From Candidatus Hydrogenedentota bacterium (GTDB taxonomy: Bacteria > Hydrogenedentota > Hydrogenedentia > Hydrogenedentales > SLHB01), in the NCBI GenBank assembly GCA_963674865.2, contig CAXXYE010000011.1:224001-288000 (forward strand): a stretch of DNA of 64,000 bases. Direction: 5' to 3'. The notes beneath the pieces are model-generated. The model did no database searches. It had not been told where the DNA came from and saw only the letters and a list, made by a program, of their open reading frames with translations. Numbering within the stretch: position 1 is the first letter of the stretch; every line of letters begins with the position of its first letter. The translations under genes were made by a program, and so were the position numbers. Of this stretch, positions 44,819 through 53,807 are shown piece after piece.

Positions 44819-45382
44819 TTACATGCGAGAGGAGGCCGCCTCCGCTTCCCTAGAACCATCACATGCTTCTACAAAGTCGCGGAAGTTCTTGGAATTTGCC
44901 TTACCGAAGTGCCGTTCGATATTCCTTCTCGAGCCGACTACTCGGACGCGCACCTCTTTGGCTTCGGATAGGAGTCGAATGAAGTCAAGCGTTGTTGGAT
45001 AGACTGCGACTTCGCTAACGTTATCGCCGAGCACCTCCCGTGAACCAAGACTGCCACTACCTGAGAGTGCCTTGCGCTCTCCGTCAACCACAAAGAGTAG
45101 AGACGCGCCTTTCTTGATGAAGCACCAGCCATTACTGTTGCCATATACGATCACCCGCAACATGTATGACGGAATTGAATCTTTTGTTGTTGCGCAGACG
45201 GCCTGAAGACGAACCTGTGATGTATCAAGAAGTGAAGAACCTGCCAGAGGATTGTAGGTCATGTCCGTGCGCTTCACGGCGGTGAACTCATCATACTCGG
45301 ACTGAACCGAGGACATACCAGCGCAGCTGACACCTAAAAGCAGCACTCCAATGATTGCACGATTAAAGCAAGTCGCGAACAT
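44819..45382 (-). CDS. Hypothetical lipoprotein
   Basis: LLLGVS|C lipobox, GGAG RBS, DEFT motif after signal. Confidence 0.7.
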   Translation of the reverse strand: MFATCFNRAIIGVLLLGVSCAGMSSVQSEYDEFTAVKRTDMTYNPLAGSSLLDTSQVRLQAVCATTKDSIPSYMLRVIVYGNSNGWCFIKKGASLLFVVDGERKALSGSGSLGSREVLGDNVSEVAVYPTTLDFIRLLSEAKEVRVRVVGSRRNIERHFGKANSKNFRDFVEACDGSREAEAASSRM

Positions 45383-45644
45383 GCTAGTAGTCTCCTTTCA
45401 TCCGTGTGGCACTAGAAAGAAGCGATTCCTGTGGAGTACTCGTGGTAATTCATGCCAATTATTCTATACGAGTGCCCCCCGCCGTATCCAAACAATGACG
45501 TAGGCGTGCCCGTTGAGGTGCTTCCGATTGTCAATGTCTTGCAACGAATGATAGGCAGAGGAGCGGTGGGCCGGCGCGGAAGTGAATGTGCGCCAAGGCG
45601 CCAATCCCGACAGCCCGGAATAGGATTAGACGCGATGGCCGTTC

Positions 45645-46637
45645 CTATTCTGCGGCCTTGGTGCAGTATTCCCGCAGAAGGCGCAGAAAGATGTGGTAGT
45701 CTTCGAAGGAGACCCCCGGCGGCGTCTGGTGATCCACGGAAGGAATGAATCCCCCCTGCCGCATCACGGGAAGAAGCCGCTCGAACTCGGCCCGCATCGC
45801 CGCTTCCCCTCGGTTCATCACCATCTTGTCGTAGGCGCCGATATAGCGCGTTTTCGGATGATCGCGCCGGTATTGCGCGATGTCGCATCCGGCCTGGCGC
45901 TCGAGCGGCAGAAAGCCGTCTACGCCCACCTCCACGAACCACGGGATCAACTGGCCGATCTCTCCGTCCGTATCGACGAAGCGATAGATCCCGTACTCCT
46001 CCAGCCTGGGGACGATGCGCCGGTAGAAGGGCGTCTCGAATTGCTCGAATAACTCACGCGACACCATAGGCCCGTTGTTGTATGACATGTCCTCGGCGAA
46101 GGTCATGAAATCCGGGACGCAAATCCGGCAGAACTCGTCCAGCACCGCCAGGTTGAACTGCGTCAAATCCTCATTCATCGCCATGATGAGTTCCGGCGTT
46201 TCATAGAAAGCATACAAGTGCCGCTCGATTCCGAGCAGCGTGCGAGGAAACCAGAAGTAGCCTTCCAGCGAGATCCAGACGACCATGTCCCCCTTTGCCT
46301 GACGCTCGGCCCACGCTTCGATCATGGCGTGATCGAAGGCGTCTTGGGGGGCGGGATAAAGGCCATGGGCTTTCAGGGCCTCGTACTCGTCCATGTTCGA
46401 GACTACACCCGCGCCGTGCGCCCGTGCCGGTGGACGTTTCGGCGCGATCCAGTGCTGCCGGTAGCAGTCCAGGCCAAGGTAATCGCGGATCTCCTGACGA
46501 TCTTCAATCGTGTCGGTGAGGCCCTCTCTCCGCCAACGCTCAACCGTCTTGTCCCAATAGCCGGCCCACTCGATCGCCGGTAGCCGATCGACCGCCTCGA
46601 ACTGCATCAGCTGGTGAAAACGCGTACGGTTATCCAT
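45645..46637 (-). CDS. Uroporphyrinogen-decarboxylase-family protein (putative corrinoid methyltransferase MT component)
   Basis: YWDKTVERWRREG, FAEDMSYNNGPMVS, FVDTDG, GGFIPSVDHQTPP. Confidence 0.88.
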   Translation of the reverse strand: MDNRTRFHQLMQFEAVDRLPAIEWAGYWDKTVERWRREGLTDTIEDRQEIRDYLGLDCYRQHWIAPKRPPARAHGAGVVSNMDEYEALKAHGLYPAPQDAFDHAMIEAWAERQAKGDMVVWISLEGYFWFPRTLLGIERHLYAFYETPELIMAMNEDLTQFNLAVLDEFCRICVPDFMTFAEDMSYNNGPMVSRELFEQFETPFYRRIVPRLEEYGIYRFVDTDGEIGQLIPWFVEVGVDGFLPLERQAGCDIAQYRRDHPKTRYIGAYDKMVMNRGEAAMRAEFERLLPVMRQGGFIPSVDHQTPPGVSFEDYHIFLRLLREYCTKAAE

Positions 46638-46668
46638 GGAGACTCCGCCAAGATGGCCACCGCCCCGG

Positions 46669-47538
46669 TTAGGAATAGAACTCGAGAACGCGCATCACGC
46701 AATCGTAGGCCTCGAGCTTGAGCACGTCTTCGAGGCACTGCATGGCGGGATGATCGTCCGCTAAGACTTCGTACTTGCGCTTCACGGAGCCGATGACCAT
46801 GTCCAGCCCGCGTGGCATGGCCTTCGTGAGAAACGCGCTCTCTAACGGACTCTTTACGGGCGACCCATCGGCCCGCTTCGGCGGCAGCATCACCGTGAAA
46901 TTGCTCAGGCCCACCGACATGTGGACCCCTTTGAAATCCGGATCGTCATGAATCAACTGCATGCTGTCCAGGACCATCTTCGTAAGTCCCTCGGTGTCGC
47001 TGCCGATGGGGGGGATGCCCGGATCGAAGATGCAGTGCTCATTCGCGATGCCGTGTCCCGAGTCGCGGACGGCCTTTAACATCGCCTTGGCCGTCTCATA
47101 GGTTTCGGCGCCCGTCTTGTTCGGCTTCGATTCCCCCGATTCCTCTCGTTCCGACACCAGCAGGATCGGCATAAACGGTTGGATTTTGTACAACTCAAGC
47201 ATCTCGATCCGCTTCATGGCGATGGAGTTCAGTATGGGCATTTCTCCACCGGCTCGTTCCGCATCGTAAGCTTCAAGACCGGCCGCGGCCATCTCAGGAT
47301 CGGGCGTGTCAATCGAGAGCGGCTTTGCCGTCACTTCCTGTACTGTCTTGATCAACTCCGCCATGAAAGCCGGACCTCGTAGACCCACATTGACGTCGAT
47401 GTAAGTGGCGCCGCGCTCATCCTGCATCTGGGCCAACGCCTTGATGCCTTCGATGTCCCCCGCCTCGAATAGCTTATTCGTCGATGGAACGGAGTCGTTG
47501 ATAGATTCCCCGATGATGGCCAAACCTTCGATTGCCAC
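46669..47538 (-). CDS. Pterin-binding (DHPS-fold) methyltetrahydrofolate:corrinoid methyltransferase, AcsE/MetH-like
   Basis: IIGESIN, GATYIDVNVG, PLSIDTPD, ILNSI, IFDPG, VGLSNF. Confidence 0.85.
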   Translation of the reverse strand: MAIEGLAIIGESINDSVPSTNKLFEAGDIEGIKALAQMQDERGATYIDVNVGLRGPAFMAELIKTVQEVTAKPLSIDTPDPEMAAAGLEAYDAERAGGEMPILNSIAMKRIEMLELYKIQPFMPILLVSEREESGESKPNKTGAETYETAKAMLKAVRDSGHGIANEHCIFDPGIPPIGSDTEGLTKMVLDSMQLIHDDPDFKGVHMSVGLSNFTVMLPPKRADGSPVKSPLESAFLTKAMPRGLDMVIGSVKRKYEVLADDHPAMQCLEDVLKLEAYDCVMRVLEFYS

Positions 47539-47608
47539 GGTGCTCTCTCCTCAATTCATCGTCTTCCCAAGACCTCGGAATCCCACCACGAGGCCATGTC
47601 ATGCTAAA

Positions 47609-47640
47609 CGGGCCGGGCCAAACGGCCCGGCCCGCTATGC
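47609..47640 (-). terminator. GC-rich hairpin downstream of corrinoid gene
   Basis: Perfect 11-bp inverted repeat cgggccgggcc-aaac-ggcccggcccg (47609-47634), followed on the minus strand by a short TTTA. Confidence 0.5.
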
Positions 47641-47719
47641 TTCAACCACGCTCTCAATAGGTACACCTGCGAACGCTGCTTCGTGCTCGACTCAGCGCTC
47701 CGCCGCACCGACAATGACG

Positions 47720-48385
47720 CTAGTTGCTCTTGGAAAGGTAATTCAGTGCGCCCTGCGGATCCGGCGAATAGGCGTCCGCGCCGATCTTGTCCGCGAACTC
47801 CTGCGTCAGCGGCGCGCCGCCCACGACGACCTGTGTGCTGCCGTCGTTATCTTTGATTGCCTTCACCGTCTGTTCCATGTTCACCATCGTCGTGGTAAGC
47901 AGCGCGCTCAGTCCCACGGCGCAGCCCGGATTCGCCTTCACGGCTTCCAGGAACTTGTCCGTCGAGACGTCCACACCCAGATCAACGACATTCCAGCCGC
48001 CGCCTTCCATGACCATGCAGACGAGGTTCTTGCCGATGTCGTGGAGGTCGCCCTGTACCGTCCCGATGATGAACGTGCCTTTGTGCGCGGCTTCGCCGGA
48101 CTCAAAGAAAGGCTTCAGGTGGGCCATGGCCGCTGACATCGCCTTCGCTGCCATCAGCAGATCCGGGACAAACACCTCGTTCCGGCTGAACTTCTCGCCG
48201 ACGTTCCCCATGCCGATCATGCAGCCCTTTTCAAGAATTTCGCTCGCCTTGACGCCTTCGTCCAAAGCACGCCTCGTCAACTCATCCGCGCCGTCCTGCC
48301 CCTTCATGTCCGGGGGATACGGAGATGATGCGTTTACCTTCCCGCGCTCGATGCACATCGCAATCTGTTCTACGATATCGGCCAT
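47720..48385 (-). CDS. Corrinoid (B12-binding) methyltransferase protein
   Basis: Cap domain GMGNVGEKF..FVPDLLMAAKAM, B12 motif GDLHDIGKNLV, LSALLTTT, VGGAP. Confidence 0.95.
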   Translation of the reverse strand: MADIVEQIAMCIERGKVNASSPYPPDMKGQDGADELTRRALDEGVKASEILEKGCMIGMGNVGEKFSRNEVFVPDLLMAAKAMSAAMAHLKPFFESGEAAHKGTFIIGTVQGDLHDIGKNLVCMVMEGGGWNVVDLGVDVSTDKFLEAVKANPGCAVGLSALLTTTMVNMEQTVKAIKDNDGSTQVVVGGAPLTQEFADKIGADAYSPDPQGALNYLSKSN

Positions 48386-48569
48386 GACTCCTTCTCCTTT
48401 TCAGACTCGTCTAGTTCTTGCCGGCCCGAACCTCAAACCCTGCCAGGGAAAAACGCTAGGTCAAACGCACCACCCGCTCGGGGAGCGCCCCATCGGGACT
48501 CAGCGCGTGTAGGGGATTCCTTTGCTCCCCAGGGACCTTCCGCTCCAACTTCCCATCGATGCGGCCCCT

Positions 48570-48623
48570 ATTATTGCTGTTATGCCCGCCAAGGTCAATA
48601 TCTGAAATCGACGGCTATGTCAA
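48570..48623 (-). promoter_or_regulatory. Candidate tandem sigma70 promoters for corrinoid gene
   Basis: Minus strand TTGACA (48623-48618)-N17-TATTGA and TTGACC (48598-48593)-N17-AATAAT (48575-48570). Confidence 0.4.
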
Positions 48624-48647
48624 GGTGTCTCGCGCCCGGATACGGCC

Positions 48648-49730
48648 TCAATATCGCCCCAGTTCCAGCCCGCGCTCCACGAAGTAGCGGTAGCTTTCAT
48701 AGGACACCTGATTGGGGATGGAGTGATCGGAGTGCAAAACGTACCCGTTGTTTCCCTTCACCACCGGGATTTTCGTTGACAATTCCTTGTCGATGAGCGC
48801 CCTGTCGTTGGTGTAGAGCACGCGCACGTCGATGCCGCCCATGAACGACAGCCGATCCCCATAATCTTGGTAAAGCTGAAGCAGGTCCATGCCCGCCTTC
48901 ACCTCGATCACCTGTAGGCAGTCCATCCCGGCCTCGATGAGTCCCGGCACAAGCGGCGCCACGTAGCCGCACGAGTGGACGATCACCGGAAGATCATGGC
49001 TCTTCGCCAGCGCCATCGTCTTCTTGTGCCCTGGCTGAATCAGTTCGCGGTACATGTCCAATGATACGAAGGGCCGCCCTTTGAAGCCCATGTCCTCATA
49101 GAACCAGATGCCGTCCGGCCAGCCTTCCTCCGCGAAGAGGATCTCCTGGAGGGCTACCGTCAGTTCGGCATACGTGTTGACCATGTCCTTTATCCAGTCC
49201 GGATCCATGGCCGCGCCCATCAACATATACTCGTGCCCGCACACCGGATGCATCTGCTCGAAGACGTTTGTCCCCGACCATGCGAAAAAGAGGTTACGCT
49301 CCGCCGCGCGCTGTTTGGCCTCGCGATACGCCTCGAAGTTGATCCGCGCCCGATCAGGCGTCAGATACGGCTTGATATGCTCCTCCCAGCCGGCCCGATC
49401 CTTCACGGTGAAGTCAACGTGTTCGGGCGTGCCGTCATGCAGTTTGTGACGGCGAAGCAGCGCGCCATTGCCATCGCGCGATAGGATCGTCTGCTCCGTC
49501 TCCTCGACGACAACCGGCTCGAAATCCAGCTTCGCTACCATCTTCAGCGGCCAGCAAAGCTGAAGGTCGAAGCCGAAGTGATCATCCAGTGATTCTCCCT
49601 CGGCGATGTGGCCTTGCTCGGCCCAAAGCTTGTGCGTATCGCCCCAAAAATGCTCCAACAACCCGATCCGATCGACCGGTTTGCGGCGGAGAATATTGCC
49701 GATTCGCTCGATGGGAAGCATCTCAGTCAT
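48648..49730 (-). CDS. Uroporphyrinogen-decarboxylase-family protein (putative methyltransferase)
   Basis: ERI..ILRRKPVDR, FYEDMGFKGRPFVS, HSCG, FMGGID, YVLHSDHSIP. Confidence 0.9.
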   Translation of the reverse strand: MTEMLPIERIGNILRRKPVDRIGLLEHFWGDTHKLWAEQGHIAEGESLDDHFGFDLQLCWPLKMVAKLDFEPVVVEETEQTILSRDGNGALLRRHKLHDGTPEHVDFTVKDRAGWEEHIKPYLTPDRARINFEAYREAKQRAAERNLFFAWSGTNVFEQMHPVCGHEYMLMGAAMDPDWIKDMVNTYAELTVALQEILFAEEGWPDGIWFYEDMGFKGRPFVSLDMYRELIQPGHKKTMALAKSHDLPVIVHSCGYVAPLVPGLIEAGMDCLQVIEVKAGMDLLQLYQDYGDRLSFMGGIDVRVLYTNDRALIDKELSTKIPVVKGNNGYVLHSDHSIPNQVSYESYRYFVERGLELGRY

Positions 49731-50056
49731 GCACTTACCCTCCCGTGGCAGCGAGATGTACTTCGACCCCGGCGGTGAATCCTTCGAGGACCACTGCTCA
49801 AGGTCCGGGAATGGTAGCATCGCCATCCTCAGACCGCAAGCGCGTATTGGGGGCTGCAGATGTCACGCGGTTAACGTCTTCTCACTTGCTCATACCTATC
49901 TGCGTCTGTCTTCCGTGACTCAAGACCTGCCACGCTTTAATGAAGGGGCAATGCACGAGATCTAGGCTTGCACTCTCCCCGCGCCGCAGTCTACCCTATC
50001 GCCGCCCGGTGGGACACCGCCGGATGAAATCGCATAGAACGCAATGGGAGTCCGAC

Positions 50057-51067
50057 ATGACATCACGCGAGCGTGTCATCAAGACGTTGGAATTCGATCA
50101 CCCCGACCGCGCCCCGCGGGACCTGTGGGCCCTGAAAGGCGTTGGCATGTTCCGTAAGGACGAGTACGAGGATGTTCTCCTGCGGTTTCCGTCCGATTTC
50201 GCGGGGCCGAAAGTTACCTACGGCACGTCGCCCATAGCCACGGGAAACTCGGGCGAGGTCGGCCACTACACCGACGAATGGGATTGCGTCTGGTACGTCG
50301 GCGAGCCGGGCGTCGCCGGAGAGGTTAAGCAATCTCCCCTGGAAGACTGGAGCAAACTCGCCACGTTCAAGGCGCCTTGGGAGTTGCTGGACAACGCCGA
50401 TTTCAGTGAGGCCAACGCGAGCTGTGCCGCCACCGAGAAGTTCGTCAAGGGCGGCGGCGGCATCCGTCCTTTCGAGCGTATGCAGTTCCTTCGAGGCACC
50501 GAGAACCTGATGATGGATCTCCTTTACCAGCCCAAGGAACTCTTCACGATGTTCGACATTGTGCACGAGTACTTCCTCAAAGAGGCGGAGCGCTGGGCCG
50601 AGACGGATATCGACGGCTTCGGCTTCATGGATGACTGGGGCGCCCAGAATAGCCTGCTTATCGACCCTGACCTCTGGCGCGCCCTCTTCAAGCCTATGTA
50701 TAAGGACTACTGCGACGTCATCAAGAAGTCGGGCAAATACGTCTTTTTCCACAGCGACGGCCACACCATGGCCATCATTCCCGATCTGATCGAAATTGGC
50801 ATTGACGCCCTCAATACACAGATCTTCTGCATGGATATTGAGGAACTCGGCCGCCGCTTCAAAGGCGAGATCACGTTCTGGGGAGAGATCTCAAGGCAGG
50901 ACATCTTACCCTTCGGCACCGTCGAAGAGGTCCGCGAAGCGGTTCGGCGCGTCCGGCGCGCCTTCGACGACGGTTCAGGCGGCGTGATCGGACAATGCGA
51001 GTGGGGGATACGCGACCCCAAAGAGAACATTGAGGCCGTCTTCGAAACCTGGCTGGAACCGATGTAA
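50057..51067 (+). CDS. Uroporphyrinogen-decarboxylase-family protein (putative methyltransferase)
   Basis: MTSRERV..PDR, TDEW, FERMQFLRG, DDWGAQ, FHSDG, FWGEI..Q..LPFGT. Confidence 0.9.
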   Translation: MTSRERVIKTLEFDHPDRAPRDLWALKGVGMFRKDEYEDVLLRFPSDFAGPKVTYGTSPIATGNSGEVGHYTDEWDCVWYVGEPGVAGEVKQSPLEDWSKLATFKAPWELLDNADFSEANASCAATEKFVKGGGGIRPFERMQFLRGTENLMMDLLYQPKELFTMFDIVHEYFLKEAERWAETDIDGFGFMDDWGAQNSLLIDPDLWRALFKPMYKDYCDVIKKSGKYVFFHSDGHTMAIIPDLIEIGIDALNTQIFCMDIEELGRRFKGEITFWGEISRQDILPFGTVEEVREAVRRVRRAFDDGSGGVIGQCEWGIRDPKENIEAVFETWLEPM

Positions 51068-51174
51068 CCTGCTTCTGTCACCAAGCCCATTCTCGCGGGC
51101 CAATAGGTGAGAAGAGCAGGGCGTAGGTAGCTACGTGTGAGTTTATTCGATGCAGCCTGTGCGTGGCGCCGCGC

Positions 51175-52389
51175 CTAGGCTCCCGGCGCGTCCACCAGCC
51201 GAGCCGTTTCGCGAGCGATGACAAGCTCTTCGTTTGTCGGGACAACAAGCACGGAGACCTTCGCATCGGCTGTTGAGATATCTCTCTCGTTCCGCGCGTT
51301 CTTCTCGGCATCGATGGCGACGCCCAGGTAGCCCGCCCGCTCGATCACCCGCGCCCGCACCGTCGGTGAGTTCTCGCCGATACCGGCCGTGAAGACGATC
51401 GCGTCCACGCCCCCCAATACCATTGAGTACATACCCACGTACTTCGATATGCGGTATGTGAACATCTTCAGCGCCAACTGGCAATTCGCGTCGCCGGCTT
51501 CCGCCCCCTCCTCAACGTCGCGCATGTCCGTGCGTCCGCAGATACCTTTCAGGCCGCTCTCTTTGTTGAGCGTGCGATCTACCTCATCGATGCTCATGCC
51601 CAGCTCGCGCTGCATGAAGATCGGCACGTAGGGATCCAGATCGCCTGGCCGCGTGCCCATCATCACGCCGCCCAAAGGCGTCAGGCCCATGCTTGTCGCC
51701 ACGGCCGTCCCGCCCTTCACCGCCGTGATGCTGCTGCCATTGCCCAGGTGGCATGTGATGATGCGTGTGTCCGCCGGATCTTTGTCCAGCATCTTCGCGG
51801 CTTCCTGCGACACGTACATGTGCGATGTGCCGTGGAAGCCGTACTTCCGAACCTGGTGCTTCCTGTAAATATCGATCGGAATGCCGTACATATAGCATTC
51901 GGGCGGAATCGTGTGATAGAAGGCGGTGTCGAACACGGCCACTTGCGGGATATTCGCAAAGATCTTCGAACAGGCCCGGATCCCGAGCAGGGCCGGCGGA
52001 TTGTGAAGTGGCGCGAGCCGCGCGCATTCCTCGATGCCGTGCACCACCTCATCGTTAATGAGCACCGAACCGGTGAATCGCTCCCCGCCGTGCACTACCC
52101 GGTGTCCGATGCCCGCCAACTCGGAAAGATCGCGGATCACTCCGCATTCCTTGCTCAGGAGATACCTGCAGATCACATCGATCGCGGCTTGATGATCCGC
52201 GATGTCCGGATGCGGATCCACCAGATCGCACGTCCCCTTCGGCTTGCGCGGGCAGGAGCAGGACAGTTCCGGCTCCTCGAGACCGATGCGCTCGGCCACG
52301 CCTTTGGCAAGCACTTCATTGCCGCCATCACACTCGAACAACTGGAATTTCACCGAGGAAGAGCCGCTATTGAGTACCAAAACCTTCAT
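51175..52389 (-). CDS. ackA: Acetate kinase
   Basis: MKVLVLNSGSSSVK, GHRVVHGG, APLHNP, KYGFHGTSH, HLGNGSS, FTAGIGEN, TNEEL. Confidence 0.97.
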   Translation of the reverse strand: MKVLVLNSGSSSVKFQLFECDGGNEVLAKGVAERIGLEEPELSCSCPRKPKGTCDLVDPHPDIADHQAAIDVICRYLLSKECGVIRDLSELAGIGHRVVHGGERFTGSVLINDEVVHGIEECARLAPLHNPPALLGIRACSKIFANIPQVAVFDTAFYHTIPPECYMYGIPIDIYRKHQVRKYGFHGTSHMYVSQEAAKMLDKDPADTRIITCHLGNGSSITAVKGGTAVATSMGLTPLGGVMMGTRPGDLDPYVPIFMQRELGMSIDEVDRTLNKESGLKGICGRTDMRDVEEGAEAGDANCQLALKMFTYRISKYVGMYSMVLGGVDAIVFTAGIGENSPTVRARVIERAGYLGVAIDAEKNARNERDISTADAKVSVLVVPTNEELVIARETARLVDAPGA

Positions 52390-52445
52390 CGACAAGCATC
52401 TCCAATACTGCTTCGGGCGGATACCCGAATCACTCCAAGGGGCGT

Positions 52446-53441
52446 TTACGCCGCCCCCATCTGGCTCTGAACCACAGTGATCGCCGCCACGCCTACAATG
52501 TCCGACGCCGAGCACCCCCGGGAGAGGTCGTTCACCGGCGGAGTCAGGCCCTGGATGATTGGCCCATACGCCTGCGCCCCTCCCAGCCGCTCAACAAGCT
52601 TATATCCAATATTTCCCGCGTTGAGATCGGGGAATATCAACACCTTGGCTTGGCCCGCCACCGCGCTGCCGGGAGCCTTCTTCGCTCCCACCTTCTCGAC
52701 CACGGCCGCGTCGAGCTGAAGCTCCCCGTCAATCTGCACGGGCGAGTCCTGGCCAAACCGCTCCAACGCCCCGGCTTGCGCAAGCCGCGTGGCCTCGACG
52801 ACCTTCTGAGTCAAAGGACTGTCCGCTGAACCTTTCGTCGAATAGGAAAGCATCGCCACGGAAGGTTCGATGCCGAAACTCATGGCCGACTGCGCCGTCT
52901 CAAGTGCTATCTCGGCCAACTGCTGCTCATTCGGATTCTCCATCAGGCCGCAATCCGAGAAGAGATACACCGTCTCATCGCACACCATGAAGAAGAAGCT
53001 CGAAACCAATGCTCGCGAACTCCGTAGGATCTGCAGAGCGGGGCGTAGCGTGTCTCCCGTCGAATGGATTGCCCCCGCCACGAGGCCATCGCCTTTCTTC
53101 GTCCGAAGCATCATGACCCCGTGATAGATGGGGCCACTCAAGAGCTTTGCCGCATCGTCCTTTGTAAGACCCTTGGCCTTCCGCAGCTCGTACAGGGCCT
53201 CAATGAACTCCTCGCGCCATGCGGCCTTGGCCGGATCTACGATAGAGAACTCCTTGGCGATGCCTGCCTCTCCCAGCTTGGCCCGCACCATGTCCTCGTC
53301 ACCGATCAGTGTGACGGATGCTATCCCCTTCTCCTCGATCTCGACGGCGGCGCGCAACGTCCGCTCGTCCTCCGGCTCCGGCAATAAGACCCTTCTCGGA
53401 TCCTGTTGTGCCTTCTCGATGACGCAGTCTATGAATCCCAT
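52446..53441 (-). CDS. pta: Phosphate acetyltransferase
   Basis: LPEPEDER, FSDCG, AMLSYSTKGS, DGELQLDAA, FPDLNAGNIGYK, VNDLSRGC. Confidence 0.96.
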   Translation of the reverse strand: MGFIDCVIEKAQQDPRRVLLPEPEDERTLRAAVEIEEKGIASVTLIGDEDMVRAKLGEAGIAKEFSIVDPAKAAWREEFIEALYELRKAKGLTKDDAAKLLSGPIYHGVMMLRTKKGDGLVAGAIHSTGDTLRPALQILRSSRALVSSFFFMVCDETVYLFSDCGLMENPNEQQLAEIALETAQSAMSFGIEPSVAMLSYSTKGSADSPLTQKVVEATRLAQAGALERFGQDSPVQIDGELQLDAAVVEKVGAKKAPGSAVAGQAKVLIFPDLNAGNIGYKLVERLGGAQAYGPIIQGLTPPVNDLSRGCSASDIVGVAAITVVQSQMGAA

Positions 53442-53807
53442 AATCTCACCTATAGTTGATGCGGCGACAAGGTTGGAATGGCGCTCCCGGGGGGCGCCCC
53501 GCGAAAGATGCGTGACGAAGACGCTCAGGCAAGTTCATTCCGTCCCATCCAAGACATACACCAAGTGCGCCATATGATAGCCCTCGCGGCGGGCATTGGC
53601 AAGTCGGAGTCCTCGCAAGTACCTGATGACGTCGCCAAGCCGCGAAAATCACGGCTATTACACCCGCGTCGGCGCGATCACTCCCTGGAGTCTTGTCGGG
53701 GCCGTGCGCCTTAGCACGAGATGTTGACGCCCTTCCGGGACCTAACCTAAACTACGTGAAACTGGACGAAATCAATCCAATCCAACCGAAGAAGCGAGGG
53801 TTATGTG

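Noticed and set aside
48400..48570. Canonical cobalamin riboswitch
   Set aside because: Conserved B12-box elements (GCCACTG, AGCCAGGAGACC-like) not found.
45645..51067. hemE assignment for the URO-D-family genes
   Set aside because: They lack the HemE W-x-MRQAGR signature, and the context is corrinoid methyl transfer.
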